Positions 1 through 8,172 of a stretch of 64,000 nt of DNA are shown piece by piece. The notes beneath the pieces were generated by a model. It saw only the letters and a program-made list of their open reading frames with translations. It had not been told where the DNA came from and did not search any database. The first letter of the stretch is position 1, and each line of letters begins with the position of its first letter. A program made the translations under genes and the position numbers. Location: NCBI GenBank assembly GCA_963674825.1, contig OY771587.1, positions 64,001 through 128,000 on the forward strand, read 5' to 3'. Source of the DNA: Candidatus Cloacimonadales bacterium (GTDB taxonomy: Bacteria; Cloacimonadota; Cloacimonadia; Cloacimonadales; JAIOQZ01).

Positions 1-644
1 GCTACGGTCACGAAATCGCTGCCATCGCTGAACGGATAGCAGATGTGCCAGAGTTTTCCGGTCTCGTCCTCGTGCTCCACTTCGTCGTTGGAGAGCGCGG
101 TATTACAGCGCGGGCACCAGTTGATGATGTAGTTGCCCTTGTAGATCAAATCTTTTTCGTAGAGGTGCACGAACACCTTTCTGACCGCCTTGGAGAGGAC
201 GTCGTCCATGGTATAACGTTCGCGGGACCAGTCGCAGGAAGCCCCAAGCTGCTTGAGCTGCTCGATGATGCGTCCGCCCTTCTGCTCCTTCCACTCCCAT
301 ATGCGTTCCACGAGCTTATCGCGGCCCACGTCGAAGCGGGTAAGACCCTCTTTGGCGAGTTCTTTTTCCACCACGTTCTGGGTGGCGATACCGGCGTGAT
401 CCACACCGGGCAGCCAGAGCGTCGGGTGGCCTGTCATCCGCTGATAGCGCACCATCACGTCCTGATAGGTGTTGTTGAGCACGTGGCCCATGTGCAAAAT
501 GCCGGTGACGTTCGGCGGCGGAATCAGGATTGTATAAGGCTTTTTATCGGGATCGATCTTCGGCGTGAAATGGCCGTTGTCCATCCAGAATTTATACCAC
601 TTTTTCTCTTTGGTCTGAGGTTCGTATATTTTGTCGATTTCCAT
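1..644 (-). CDS. valS: Valyl-tRNA synthetase, N-terminal part (continues beyond the window start)
   Basis: Hand translation from ATG at 644 (SD AAGGAG upstream): MEIDKIYEPQ...PPPNVTGILHMGH (HIGH-type motif)...PGVDHAGIATQ...GASCDWSRERYT...WCPRCNTALS. Absent from the ORF track because it has no stop in the window. Confidence 0.97.
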   Translation of the reverse strand, partial: MEIDKIYEPQTKEKKWYKFWMDNGHFTPKIDPDKKPYTILIPPPNVTGILHMGHVLNNTYQDVMVRYQRMTGHPTLWLPGVDHAGIATQNVVEKELAKEGLTRFDVGRDKLVERIWEWKEQKGGRIIEQLKQLGASCDWSRERYTMDDVLSKAVRKVFVHLYEKDLIYKGNYIINWCPRCNTALSNDEVEHEDETGKLWHICYPFSDGSDFVTV

Positions 645-704
645 GCAAATCTCCTTTGTATGCCAATGATTACATCGGTTTCAAGAGGTCAATGTTTTTC
701 CTCA

Positions 705-826
705 CCCCCCTGATAAGGGGGGACAAAGGGGGGGTGTTTTTTATTTCGGAAGAATTGGGAAACCCCCTTCAATTCCTGATGAGAGATCCGGGTTTACTTC
801 GTAAAACCAGCACCTTATCAGCAGGA
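705..826. repeat. REP-like inverted doublet (CCCCCCTGATAAGGGGGG family); the second arm is interrupted by a 36-nt insert
   Basis: 705-735 reads ccccccTGATAAgggggg-acaaa-ggggggg. 762-826 is a degenerate reverse-complement copy: accccc-ttcaattcc-[insert 777-812]-ccttatcag. Confidence 0.7.
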
Positions 827-840
827 TGAATAAGGACTTG

Positions 841-1371
841 CTACGCCAGACCTTTGATCTTCAGCGCTTTCTGGATGAAATGGCGGTGGGAAGCAAAGGC
901 GATTGGCGGCAGGTCGCTGAGAGGGACAAAACTGGCTTCTGCAGCGTCATCGCCTGCAAGAAGCCGACCTCCCTCAGCCTTCATGAGAAAGCCGAACGAA
1001 ATGATACTCTGGTAGATTGGCGATGATCCCACGAAGTAGCCCAAAAATTGCTCGTTGCGCCCGATGAGACCGGTCTCTTCCTCGAGCTCGCGCACGGATG
1101 TCTCTTCCGGCGTCTGTTCGATCTCGATGTAGCCGCTGGGAAGCGCCCACTCACCCGCCTTGGGCTCGTTTTTGCGCAGGATTACCAGCAGCCGGTCTTC
1201 TTCGTCGAACACCACGCACGCCGCCGCCGGAACCGGGTTCTTGTAGTAAACCCAGCCGCAGCTCTTGCAGTGCGGACGCTCGCGCCCTTCGTGATCCACC
1301 CGAATATCGAGCTCGCCACCGCACCGGACACAGTAGTTGATACCGTCGTAGGTTGGTTTCATCGTTTCCAT
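841..1371 (-). CDS. NUDIX hydrolase with N-terminal zinc ribbon (ADP-ribose pyrophosphatase-like)
   Basis: CxxC...CxxC followed by YKNPVP; Nudix box GYIEIEQTPEETSVRELEEETG. Confidence 0.92.
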   Translation of the reverse strand: METMKPTYDGINYCVRCGGELDIRVDHEGRERPHCKSCGWVYYKNPVPAAACVVFDEEDRLLVILRKNEPKAGEWALPSGYIEIEQTPEETSVRELEEETGLIGRNEQFLGYFVGSSPIYQSIISFGFLMKAEGGRLLAGDDAAEASFVPLSDLPPIAFASHRHFIQKALKIKGLA

Positions 1372-1585
1372 AGGCTAACAGCGTAAGGATGGGGTGTTTT
1401 TGTCAAGGGGGAAAATCACGAAAATCCTGAATAAGATGAAAGCACTTTTGAAATTATTCTCTTGACGTATTTAATCTCTTTTACCAAAGCTTGAATACAA
1501 TAAGATATGAGTAACCAATGTCTTCAGTCCATTGAACATGTATGGTTCGGAACTGGTTCAAGAAGAAGTATTAAGGAGAAAGCTT

Positions 1586-2182
1586 ATGCTCAATTTTCTA
1601 CGAACACCTAATCAGATTGACCCGGACACCCAAACTACTCTTCTTGAACTTTATCGATCATATGTTAACGACGAGCATGTCATGATCAACTCTATTTACA
1701 AATCCCTCAATTTCTACTCTGGGTTATGCACATCAATAATTGCTGGTGCTTTTTATGTTTTACTCGCCCACAAAAACAACAATCTCTCACCAATAATTGT
1801 TATTTCGGCAGGGATACTAATTTTTTTCATTGCATCTACTGGGTATAAATCATGTCAATCAAATTACAAACGGCAATTAGAATCTATTGTGAAGAGATTT
1901 AAAATTGAAGCTTTGCTTAACCTCGACGAGGAACCATATATCCATAAAAAATACTATGTCAGTGAAGGCTTATTACTCAAGAGGTATGAGGATACAAACA
2001 TGAAATTTAAGACCTCGAGTGACTTTGTGAGAGATAAAATGGATGCTGGCTTTGTCAGAATTGCAAAAATGCTCTTCATCGCCTATAAAGTTGCTGGGAT
2101 CTTCATCGCATTAATTGGATTATACCAAATAGTATTTCCAATACTCCCCAATACTATCCAGTTCATATCTATCATATTTTAA
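1586..2182 (+). CDS. AT-rich hypothetical integral membrane protein (about 3 TM helices)
   Basis: ORF 1532..2182; likelier start is ATG 1586 after AAGGAG. Hydrophobic stretches YSGLCTSIIAGAFYVLL, PIIVISAGILIFFIAS and MLFIAYKVAGIFIALIG. Clearly lower GC than its neighbours. Confidence 0.7.
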   Translation: MLNFLRTPNQIDPDTQTTLLELYRSYVNDEHVMINSIYKSLNFYSGLCTSIIAGAFYVLLAHKNNNLSPIIVISAGILIFFIASTGYKSCQSNYKRQLESIVKRFKIEALLNLDEEPYIHKKYYVSEGLLLKRYEDTNMKFKTSSDFVRDKMDAGFVRIAKMLFIAYKVAGIFIALIGLYQIVFPILPNTIQFISIIF

Positions 2183-2233
2183 ATTCGCCACACACACATC
2201 CTCCCATGCATCTCCACGTTCTCCACCACCACA

Positions 2234-3058
2234 TCACACGCCGACGGGCATCTGCTTGATAAGCGCGAAACCTTTTTCGGCGACGCCGTGGCGGATCCGG
2301 GAGCGGTCGAGGTAGTTCTGGCAGGTATCGGCAAGCTTGTAGTAGGGCACAAAGACAATCCCCCCGCGGAATGGGAGCTCGAGATCGGGATCATCGCCGG
2401 TTTCTGAGATGACGAAGCGCCGGTTTGCCAGCAGATAGGAGCATCGGACGATCTCGAAGACCTGCGCCGGGTAGTAGTGGATGTTCAGGACGATCTTTGC
2501 CCGTGCGATCAAGGCGTCGCGCTCCGGGCCATAGACGTCGTACAGATGCCTTACCTCGAGTCCGCGCCGCATCAGTTCTTCCAGCACGTCGCGTCGTCGC
2601 TCGTTCATGGAACCGTAGTGCAGCACGTCGATATCCTCTTTATCGGGGTCGGACGGAATGCGCGTCAGCTCCGGCACATAGCCGATCCGGCAGAGCGTGA
2701 TATCGTGTATGCCCAGTTGCCTGAGCATGTCGATGTTGCGCTGGCTGTAATCCCAGACGCGGTGCTTGCGGAGCAGCTCGAGGTAACGCTCGGTTAGCCA
2801 GGGCGAACCGATGAAGATTTGTTCGAGATTGTAGATGATGCTGTCAGGCGGGATCTCGATATCTGGATAACGGGTGGCGAGGATCGCCCCCAGTACAATC
2901 GCCGTCCCTTGAATCTGACTGGGATCGTGGACGACCGGCACGTGCAGGCCTTTCTCGCGATAGGCGTAGTGCAGGCTCTCCGCGACTTCATCGAAGCTGT
3001 GCACCGCGTTGTTGCCCGGCGGTGAGATAATCCAGATGGTCAAGCGGCCATCAACCAT
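2234..3058 (-). CDS. Putative glycosyltransferase (GT-B-like, single-domain type)
   Basis: IIYNLEQ, WDYS, DIDVLHYGSMNERR, VYGPERDALIARAKIVLNIHYY, FEIVR and FVISE motifs. ATG 3058 overlaps the ribD stop. Confidence 0.75.
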   Translation of the reverse strand: MVDGRLTIWIISPPGNNAVHSFDEVAESLHYAYREKGLHVPVVHDPSQIQGTAIVLGAILATRYPDIEIPPDSIIYNLEQIFIGSPWLTERYLELLRKHRVWDYSQRNIDMLRQLGIHDITLCRIGYVPELTRIPSDPDKEDIDVLHYGSMNERRRDVLEELMRRGLEVRHLYDVYGPERDALIARAKIVLNIHYYPAQVFEIVRCSYLLANRRFVISETGDDPDLELPFRGGIVFVPYYKLADTCQNYLDRSRIRHGVAEKGFALIKQMPVGV

Positions 3059-4109
3059 GCCTTGCAGCCTCCACCACCACATCCTCACCAAGCTTCTGCG
3101 CCGATTCGATCGACCAGCGCTTTGCGTCGCCTATGGTGGCTGCGAGAGGGCTCTGGATGAAGGTGTGCGGTCCACCGAGAAGGGTGTTTCCGTAGAAGAT
3201 GACGAGCCGGTCGCAGAGGTTCTGCTCGAGCAGGGCGGTGACGAGCGTCGGGCCGGCCTCCACCATCACCATCATGATGCCGCGCTCGTAGAGGGTTGTG
3301 AATACGTCTTGCAGCGAGCTATATGGGAAGAGCTCCACTCCGGTGCCGGAGAGGGCGTTCGGCGTGCCCGGATCGGTGAAAATCCAGGTGGGCTGCTGCC
3401 CGGCGGTGGTAACAATCTGTGATTCGCGCGGAGTACGGAGATTTCTATCGAGGATAGCACGCACGGGTATTCCGCAGTTGCCCTCGAGTCGGACATTGAA
3501 CATGGGATCGTCGGCAAGCACGGTGCCGATGCCGGTGAGAATGCAGTCGGAACGGTCACGCATACGGTGCACGAGCTCGCGGGATTTTTCGCCGGTAATC
3601 CACCGTGAGGAGCCATCTTGCGCTGCAATGCGTCCGTCCAGCGATGCGGCGATTTTCAGGGTGATGTACGGGCGTTTGAGCTCCGATGAGACCAGGTAGG
3701 GCCTGAGCTGCCTGCGGATCGCGTCCGCCATGACACCGTAGGTGACTTCGATGCCTTTCTCGCGCAGGATGCCACCAGAAAGGTTGCAGACTTTCGGGTT
3801 GGGGTCTTCGATGCCGACAAACACACGCGCAATACCGGCCCGAATGATGGCGTCGGTACAGGGAGGCGTGCGGCCCCAGTGGCAGCAGGGTTCCAGTGTG
3901 ACGTAGATGTCCGCGCCACGGGCGTTCTCGCCTGCCGCTTTGAGCGCGACCACCTCGGCGTGATCCTGACCGCACGGCTGCGTGTGGCCCTCGCCGATGA
4001 TCTTGCCGTCTTTTACGACGACCGCGCCCACGAACGGATTGGGGGATGTTCGGCCAATCGCTTGCTCCGCCAGTTCCATGGCACGCTGCATGAAGTCGTT
4101 GTGTTGCAT
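3051..4109 (-). CDS. ribD: Bifunctional riboflavin deaminase/reductase RibD
   Basis: TSPNPFVGAV, HAE, TLEPCCHWGRTPPC, SLDG, GIGTVLADDP. Confidence 0.97.
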   Translation of the reverse strand: MQHNDFMQRAMELAEQAIGRTSPNPFVGAVVVKDGKIIGEGHTQPCGQDHAEVVALKAAGENARGADIYVTLEPCCHWGRTPPCTDAIIRAGIARVFVGIEDPNPKVCNLSGGILREKGIEVTYGVMADAIRRQLRPYLVSSELKRPYITLKIAASLDGRIAAQDGSSRWITGEKSRELVHRMRDRSDCILTGIGTVLADDPMFNVRLEGNCGIPVRAILDRNLRTPRESQIVTTAGQQPTWIFTDPGTPNALSGTGVELFPYSSLQDVFTTLYERGIMMVMVEAGPTLVTALLEQNLCDRLVIFYGNTLLGGPHTFIQSPLAATIGDAKRWSIESAQKLGEDVVVEAARHG

Positions 4110-4121
4110 TGCGAAGACCTC

Positions 4122-4805
4122 TTACGATACATCGTCGGGAGAAGCGTACGGAATGGGATCTTTCACGCCGGCACGTTCGAACGCCTTGAGCCTGAGATAG
4201 CAGCTATCGCAGGTGCCGCACGCGACATCGTTGTTGCGGTAACAGCTCCAGCTTAGCTCGAACGGCACCCCGAGATCTACGCCGAGTTTGATGATCTCGG
4301 CTTTGTTCATGTGGATCACGGGCGCGACGATGCGGATGTGGGTGTCGTCCTTCGTTCCGGCCTCTATGGCCTTGCCAAGATGCTCGTAGAAGACCTCCCG
4401 GCAATCCGGGTAGCCGCTGGAATCCTCTTCCACGGCACCAATATAGACGCTGTCTGCGCCGAGAACCTCCGCCCAACTCACCGCGATGCAGACAAGGTGT
4501 GCATTTCGGAAGGGAACGTAGGTGTCGGGGATCCCGTCAGCACCGGGCGTAAAATCTTTCACCTCGATGGACGCGTCGGTCAATGCAGAGCCGCCGATAT
4601 CGGCGAGGTAGGAGATATCCACTGATTTCGCCCCATCTGGCTGGAAGTAGTCGCACAGCTTCTCGAACAGCTCGAGCTCCTTGCGCTCAGTGCGCTGGCC
4701 GTAATTCGCGTGCAAAAAATAGACGCGATCGGAGTCGCGCTTCGCGATGGCGGCGGTAACCAGGCTGTCCATTCCTCCGCTCACCAGCACAATCGATTGT
4801 TTCAT
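4122..4805 (-). CDS. queC: 7-cyano-7-deazaguanine synthase QueC
   Basis: SGGMDS PP-loop, YGQR, TYVPFRN, GYPDCR, SCY...CGTCDSC. Start moved to ATG 4805 because the ORF-track extension lies in REP DNA. Confidence 0.97.
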   Translation of the reverse strand: MKQSIVLVSGGMDSLVTAAIAKRDSDRVYFLHANYGQRTERKELELFEKLCDYFQPDGAKSVDISYLADIGGSALTDASIEVKDFTPGADGIPDTYVPFRNAHLVCIAVSWAEVLGADSVYIGAVEEDSSGYPDCREVFYEHLGKAIEAGTKDDTHIRIVAPVIHMNKAEIIKLGVDLGVPFELSWSCYRNNDVACGTCDSCYLRLKAFERAGVKDPIPYASPDDVS

Positions 4806-4824
4806 AGTGTGTCCTTTGTCGTAA

Positions 4825-5056
4825 GAGATCCTCATCTCCGCCGTGTTGAGAGATCCAGGGTTTTCATTCATCAAACCCTACTCTTCTCCCATAAGTGGGA
4901 GAAGGAGCTAAAACAACCATCTCAACTTTAACGTCCCAACGATATCTCAGAGACCCTCATCCCCCGCCTTCTCCCACAAGTGGGAGAAGGAGCTAACAGC
5001 CATCTCAACTTTACCGTCCCCTCGCCCACTTGTGGGAGAGGGACAGGGTGAGGGCT
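4825..5056. repeat. REP cluster (CCCTCATCCCCCGCCTTCTCCC-N-GGGAGAAGG family) at the 3' side of the DUF559 gene
   Basis: Copy with 39-nt insert at 4829-4908; clean copy at about 4953-4992; inverted copy tcccctcgcccacttgtgggagagggacagggtgaggg at about 5018-5055. Confidence 0.85.
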
Positions 5057-5061
5057 CTCCT

Positions 5062-5424
5062 TCACTGATCATGTCTTAGATTATCCAATGCATCGGCAAT
5101 CCTTGTCAACACAGAGTCAATATTCTGCAATACCTCTCCATTGGTGAACCGAATCACACGATAACCATTATCCTGCAGAAAATCAGTTCTTGAATCGTCG
5201 TGTAATCGATTGAAATCTTCGTCGTGATGTCCCCCATCCAGTTCAATCACAAGTTTCAGTCCAATACAAGCAAAATCAGCAATATATGTCTTAATAGGGT
5301 GCTGTCGCCTGAATTTGTATCCGAACAATCGCCTGTTCTGCAAATGGGCCCACAAATGTTGTTCAGCCCTTGTCGGTGCTTTTCTCATTTCCCGAGCAAA
5401 CGATAGTACATGTTTATTGATCAC
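5062..5424 (-). CDS. DUF559 / very-short-patch-repair-like endonuclease domain protein
   Basis: AREMRKAPTRAEQHLW, KFRRQHPI, ADFAC, IELDGGHH, GYRVIRFTN; flanked on both sides by REP doublets. Confidence 0.93.
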   Translation of the reverse strand: MINKHVLSFAREMRKAPTRAEQHLWAHLQNRRLFGYKFRRQHPIKTYIADFACIGLKLVIELDGGHHDEDFNRLHDDSRTDFLQDNGYRVIRFTNGEVLQNIDSVLTRIADALDNLRHDQ

Positions 5425-5437
5425 TGGATTTTCCTTT

Positions 5438-5583
5438 TGAGACCCTCATCCCCCGTGTTGAGAGATACAGGGTTTTCATTCTTCAAACCCTACACTTCTC
5501 CCATAAGTGGAAGAAGGGCGAGAACAACAATCTCGCAATTGCCGTCCCCTCGCCCACTTGTGGGAGAGGGACAGGGTAAGGGC
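5438..5583. repeat. REP doublet at the 5' side of the DUF559 gene; the first arm carries a 39-nt insert
   Basis: gaccctcatcccccg-[5456-5494]-cttctcccataagtggaagaagg ... tcccctcgcccacttgtgggagagggacagggtaaggg. Confidence 0.85.
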
Positions 5584-5610
5584 TTCCCATAATCATAACA
5601 AATGCTATAT

Positions 5611-5967
5611 CTATGCTTCGTCCTCTCTATGCCAGGGCGGCGAGACGATGCAATAGAAGATCAGGGTTTCGTCGGAGATGTTCTCGATCCACTGCTCCGC
5701 CCCTTTGGGAATATGTACGATATCACCAATGGAAACCGTATCCGTTTCGCTACCGATATGCACCCGACCCGCACCCTGCACAATAATGTACACTTCATCG
5801 GATGTCTTCAGGCTATGCGGCGTCGATTTCTCCCCGGGATCGAGCGATGCCAGCGCAATGCTGTATGGCGTGTCGATTCCCGTGTGTCGGGGATGGAAGA
5901 CCTCGCGGATCAGGGTTTCGTCGGTCGCGACAAACTCCGGTCGATCGGTGCCGCGAAAGATGTTCAT
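5611..5967 (-). CDS. Cupin domain protein
   Basis: STPHSLKTSDEVYIIVQGAG and GDIVHIPKGAEQWIEN cupin motifs. Confidence 0.88.
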   Translation of the reverse strand: MNIFRGTDRPEFVATDETLIREVFHPRHTGIDTPYSIALASLDPGEKSTPHSLKTSDEVYIIVQGAGRVHIGSETDTVSIGDIVHIPKGAEQWIENISDETLIFYCIVSPPWHREDEA

Positions 5968-7397
5968 GCCTCTTCCCCATTGACCTGCGCCGCTGCATCA
6001 CGCATACTGAGCGGATCTACATACAGCGTCTTCTGGTCGGTGTAGGTGACGAATCCCGGTGCTGCACCGCGTGGCTTGCGTACGTAGCGGATTTGCGTCA
6101 TATCCACAGGCACGTTGCTCGATTTCTTCGCCTTACTGTAGTATGCTGCCAGTCGTGCAGCGAGGTTGACGATCTCGGGCGAGGGTTCCTTCTTCTTATA
6201 GTTGCGTAGAACCACGTGAGATCCCTTGAAGATGCGGCTGTGAAACCACCAGTCCCAAGGCTTGGCAAAACGGGTCGTGAGTTGATCGTTCTCCGTGGAA
6301 GTCCGTCCGATGAAGATTTCCCAGCCCTCGTCGATCCAGAGCCGACGATAAGGTGCTTTTTGGCCTTTTCCATCAGGCTTCGAGATCTCGTTTTTAGAGA
6401 AATCCTTCAGCGTGAGGTAGTCGGATTCGTCCTCGAGATCAAAGATCCAGCGGTCGAGCTCCTCGATTTCCGCTTCGGTTCGTTCGATCTGCTCCTGGAT
6501 AACCTTAGCCCCGTTCTTCGCCTTGCGGTACTTTTTCAGATACCGCTCGATGTTCTGCTGCGGCGAAAGCTCTGGCAATAGCGCTATTTCGATCTCTTTT
6601 TGCTCAGGATCGTAGTAGTCGATCAGGGTAATGCTGACCTGGCCCTTTTTCAGCGCGCGGTAATTGGCCTTGAGCAGCTCTCCTGCCTGCAGGAATTCGG
6701 ATTCCTTCGCGGATTGGATAAGCTCGCTCTGCTGTTTATCCAGCTTTCTGGCCTTCTTCTTGCGATCCCGCTGGATCGCCTTGAGGATATCGCTCTTAAG
6801 ACGCTCTGCTCGTTCGCCGAGTTGCTTCTTGTAGTAAAAATCATGCAGGTATGTGTCGATATCGTCGTACGAGGTTCCCAGAAGCGTCAAATCGGCATCG
6901 CTGTCATTCTGAGTAAAACCGGCAGGAGGCGGTTCGTAGACGACACCCGGTAAAATCTGGCGATGCTGATTCTCGGCATAGCTGAAGCGTCGAAGGGAAT
7001 CGAAGATGGTACCATCCTGAACCAGGATGAGGTTGGTAAATCGCGGGATCAGCTCGGCAACAAGGATTAGCTCCTCCTGCTGACCCTCGATCGAGGTACG
7101 GAAGAAATGAAATGAGACAATGCGGTCCGTTTCGCTTATCGAGACTGCACCCAATCTCGCATGCTGAAGTCTGTGGATAATCGGACTGATGTCTGTCGCT
7201 GGCTTGAATGGAAGCCGCGTCTTGCGGACGGAGAAACAGAACGGATTGCCGGAGAACAGCGATACCTGCAAGTCCTTCTTCGCCTTGGAGAAGGATAGCA
7301 GATACTGGTCTTCAAAGCGCATGATGTCCGTCAGCAGCGGCTTTGATGCGGTCAAATCCTGTTCATCGACCCATTTTTTCAGGTAAATGTAATCCAT
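5964..7397 (-). CDS. NFACT family protein (RqcH/FbpA-like ribosome quality control)
   Basis: DRIV...ELIPRFTNLIL, QILPGVVY, coiled coil, NIERYLKKYRKAK; NFACT-R domain IGRTSTENDQLT...WFH...GSHV...AAYYSKA...VRKPRGA. Confidence 0.9.
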   Translation of the reverse strand: MDYIYLKKWVDEQDLTASKPLLTDIMRFEDQYLLSFSKAKKDLQVSLFSGNPFCFSVRKTRLPFKPATDISPIIHRLQHARLGAVSISETDRIVSFHFFRTSIEGQQEELILVAELIPRFTNLILVQDGTIFDSLRRFSYAENQHRQILPGVVYEPPPAGFTQNDSDADLTLLGTSYDDIDTYLHDFYYKKQLGERAERLKSDILKAIQRDRKKKARKLDKQQSELIQSAKESEFLQAGELLKANYRALKKGQVSITLIDYYDPEQKEIEIALLPELSPQQNIERYLKKYRKAKNGAKVIQEQIERTEAEIEELDRWIFDLEDESDYLTLKDFSKNEISKPDGKGQKAPYRRLWIDEGWEIFIGRTSTENDQLTTRFAKPWDWWFHSRIFKGSHVVLRNYKKKEPSPEIVNLAARLAAYYSKAKKSSNVPVDMTQIRYVRKPRGAAPGFVTYTDQKTLYVDPLSMRDAAAQVNGEEA

Positions 7398-7437
7398 CGT
7401 TATGCTGCTTTCGGTACTTTTACGCTACAAGGTTTCC

Positions 7438-7770
7438 CTAAATATCGTAGGCAGTTCCGTCTTTTACGACGCGTTCCACGATGAAACGATCCTCATCGTA
7501 GAAACCCGTGACTTCGATGAATTCGAATTTTACCAGCTTCAGGTCGTATTCTTCCAGTAGAAAATCGTCATTGGGCAAGCCAAGTTTGAGCTTCTGCTTA
7601 TTGGGAAGCTGAAGAATCCATGTCTCATCTTCATAGAGCAGCTTGCCCTTGAAGGTATAAAGCTTTCCGACATCCTCTTCGCCGTTCGGGCTCGATGCAG
7701 CAATAGCCATGAGCGCGCCAAGCTGGAAGAGAATCAACGCCGTCAGGACGATCGTGATGATCTTTTTCAT
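7438..7770 (-). CDS. Hypothetical exported protein
   Basis: N-terminal signal-like segment MKKIITIVLTALILFQLGALMA; beta-rich mature part; SD AGGAG. Confidence 0.7.
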   Translation of the reverse strand: MKKIITIVLTALILFQLGALMAIAASSPNGEEDVGKLYTFKGKLLYEDETWILQLPNKQKLKLGLPNDDFLLEEYDLKLVKFEFIEVTGFYDEDRFIVERVVKDGTAYDI

Positions 7771-7784
7771 AGAAACTCCTGTCG

Positions 7785-8159
7785 TTATTTCTTTTTCTTG
7801 AGCGAGATCACCAGCTCATACTCGTTGGGCGGACGATCCCAGATTTTTTTGTCGAGATAGGCGACCGGATTGTTCATCAGTTCGGATTCCTTAACCTCCG
7901 TAAACCGATTGTCGTCTTCAACGACCCAGTACACCTTCTCTTTCCTGGTCGGTTCAACCTTCTTCGTTGCCATAATTTCTCCTGCAAGTTCATATTCCGG
8001 GTGGTTTTCCACAAAGTCAAGCAAAGCTTTGATATCGACGTTGGATTTATAGATATGACACTTTTTTCGGCAATTGACGGCGCAGACAAAGATGCTCTCG
8101 AACCTGCGGGATCGAGGGCAAATGATGCTTGTCTTATCCTTATGGAATTTGCGCGCCAT
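7785..8159 (-). CDS. Hypothetical protein with Cys-rich N-terminus
   Basis: Tightly spaced within the operon; ICPRSRRFESIFVCAVNCRKKCH. Confidence 0.7.
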   Translation of the reverse strand: MARKFHKDKTSIICPRSRRFESIFVCAVNCRKKCHIYKSNVDIKALLDFVENHPEYELAGEIMATKKVEPTRKEKVYWVVEDDNRFTEVKESELMNNPVAYLDKKIWDRPPNEYELVISLKKKK

Positions 8160-8172
8160 CGGTATTCCTGTG

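Noticed and set aside
45..713. 222-aa plus-strand ORF and similar long antisense ORFs (e.g. 8350..9213, 11773..12678, 29787..30575, 57982..58659)
   Set aside because: These are shadow frames opposite well-supported genes (valS, dapA, dnaB, GT4/GH57, cdaA) and have no recognisable motifs.
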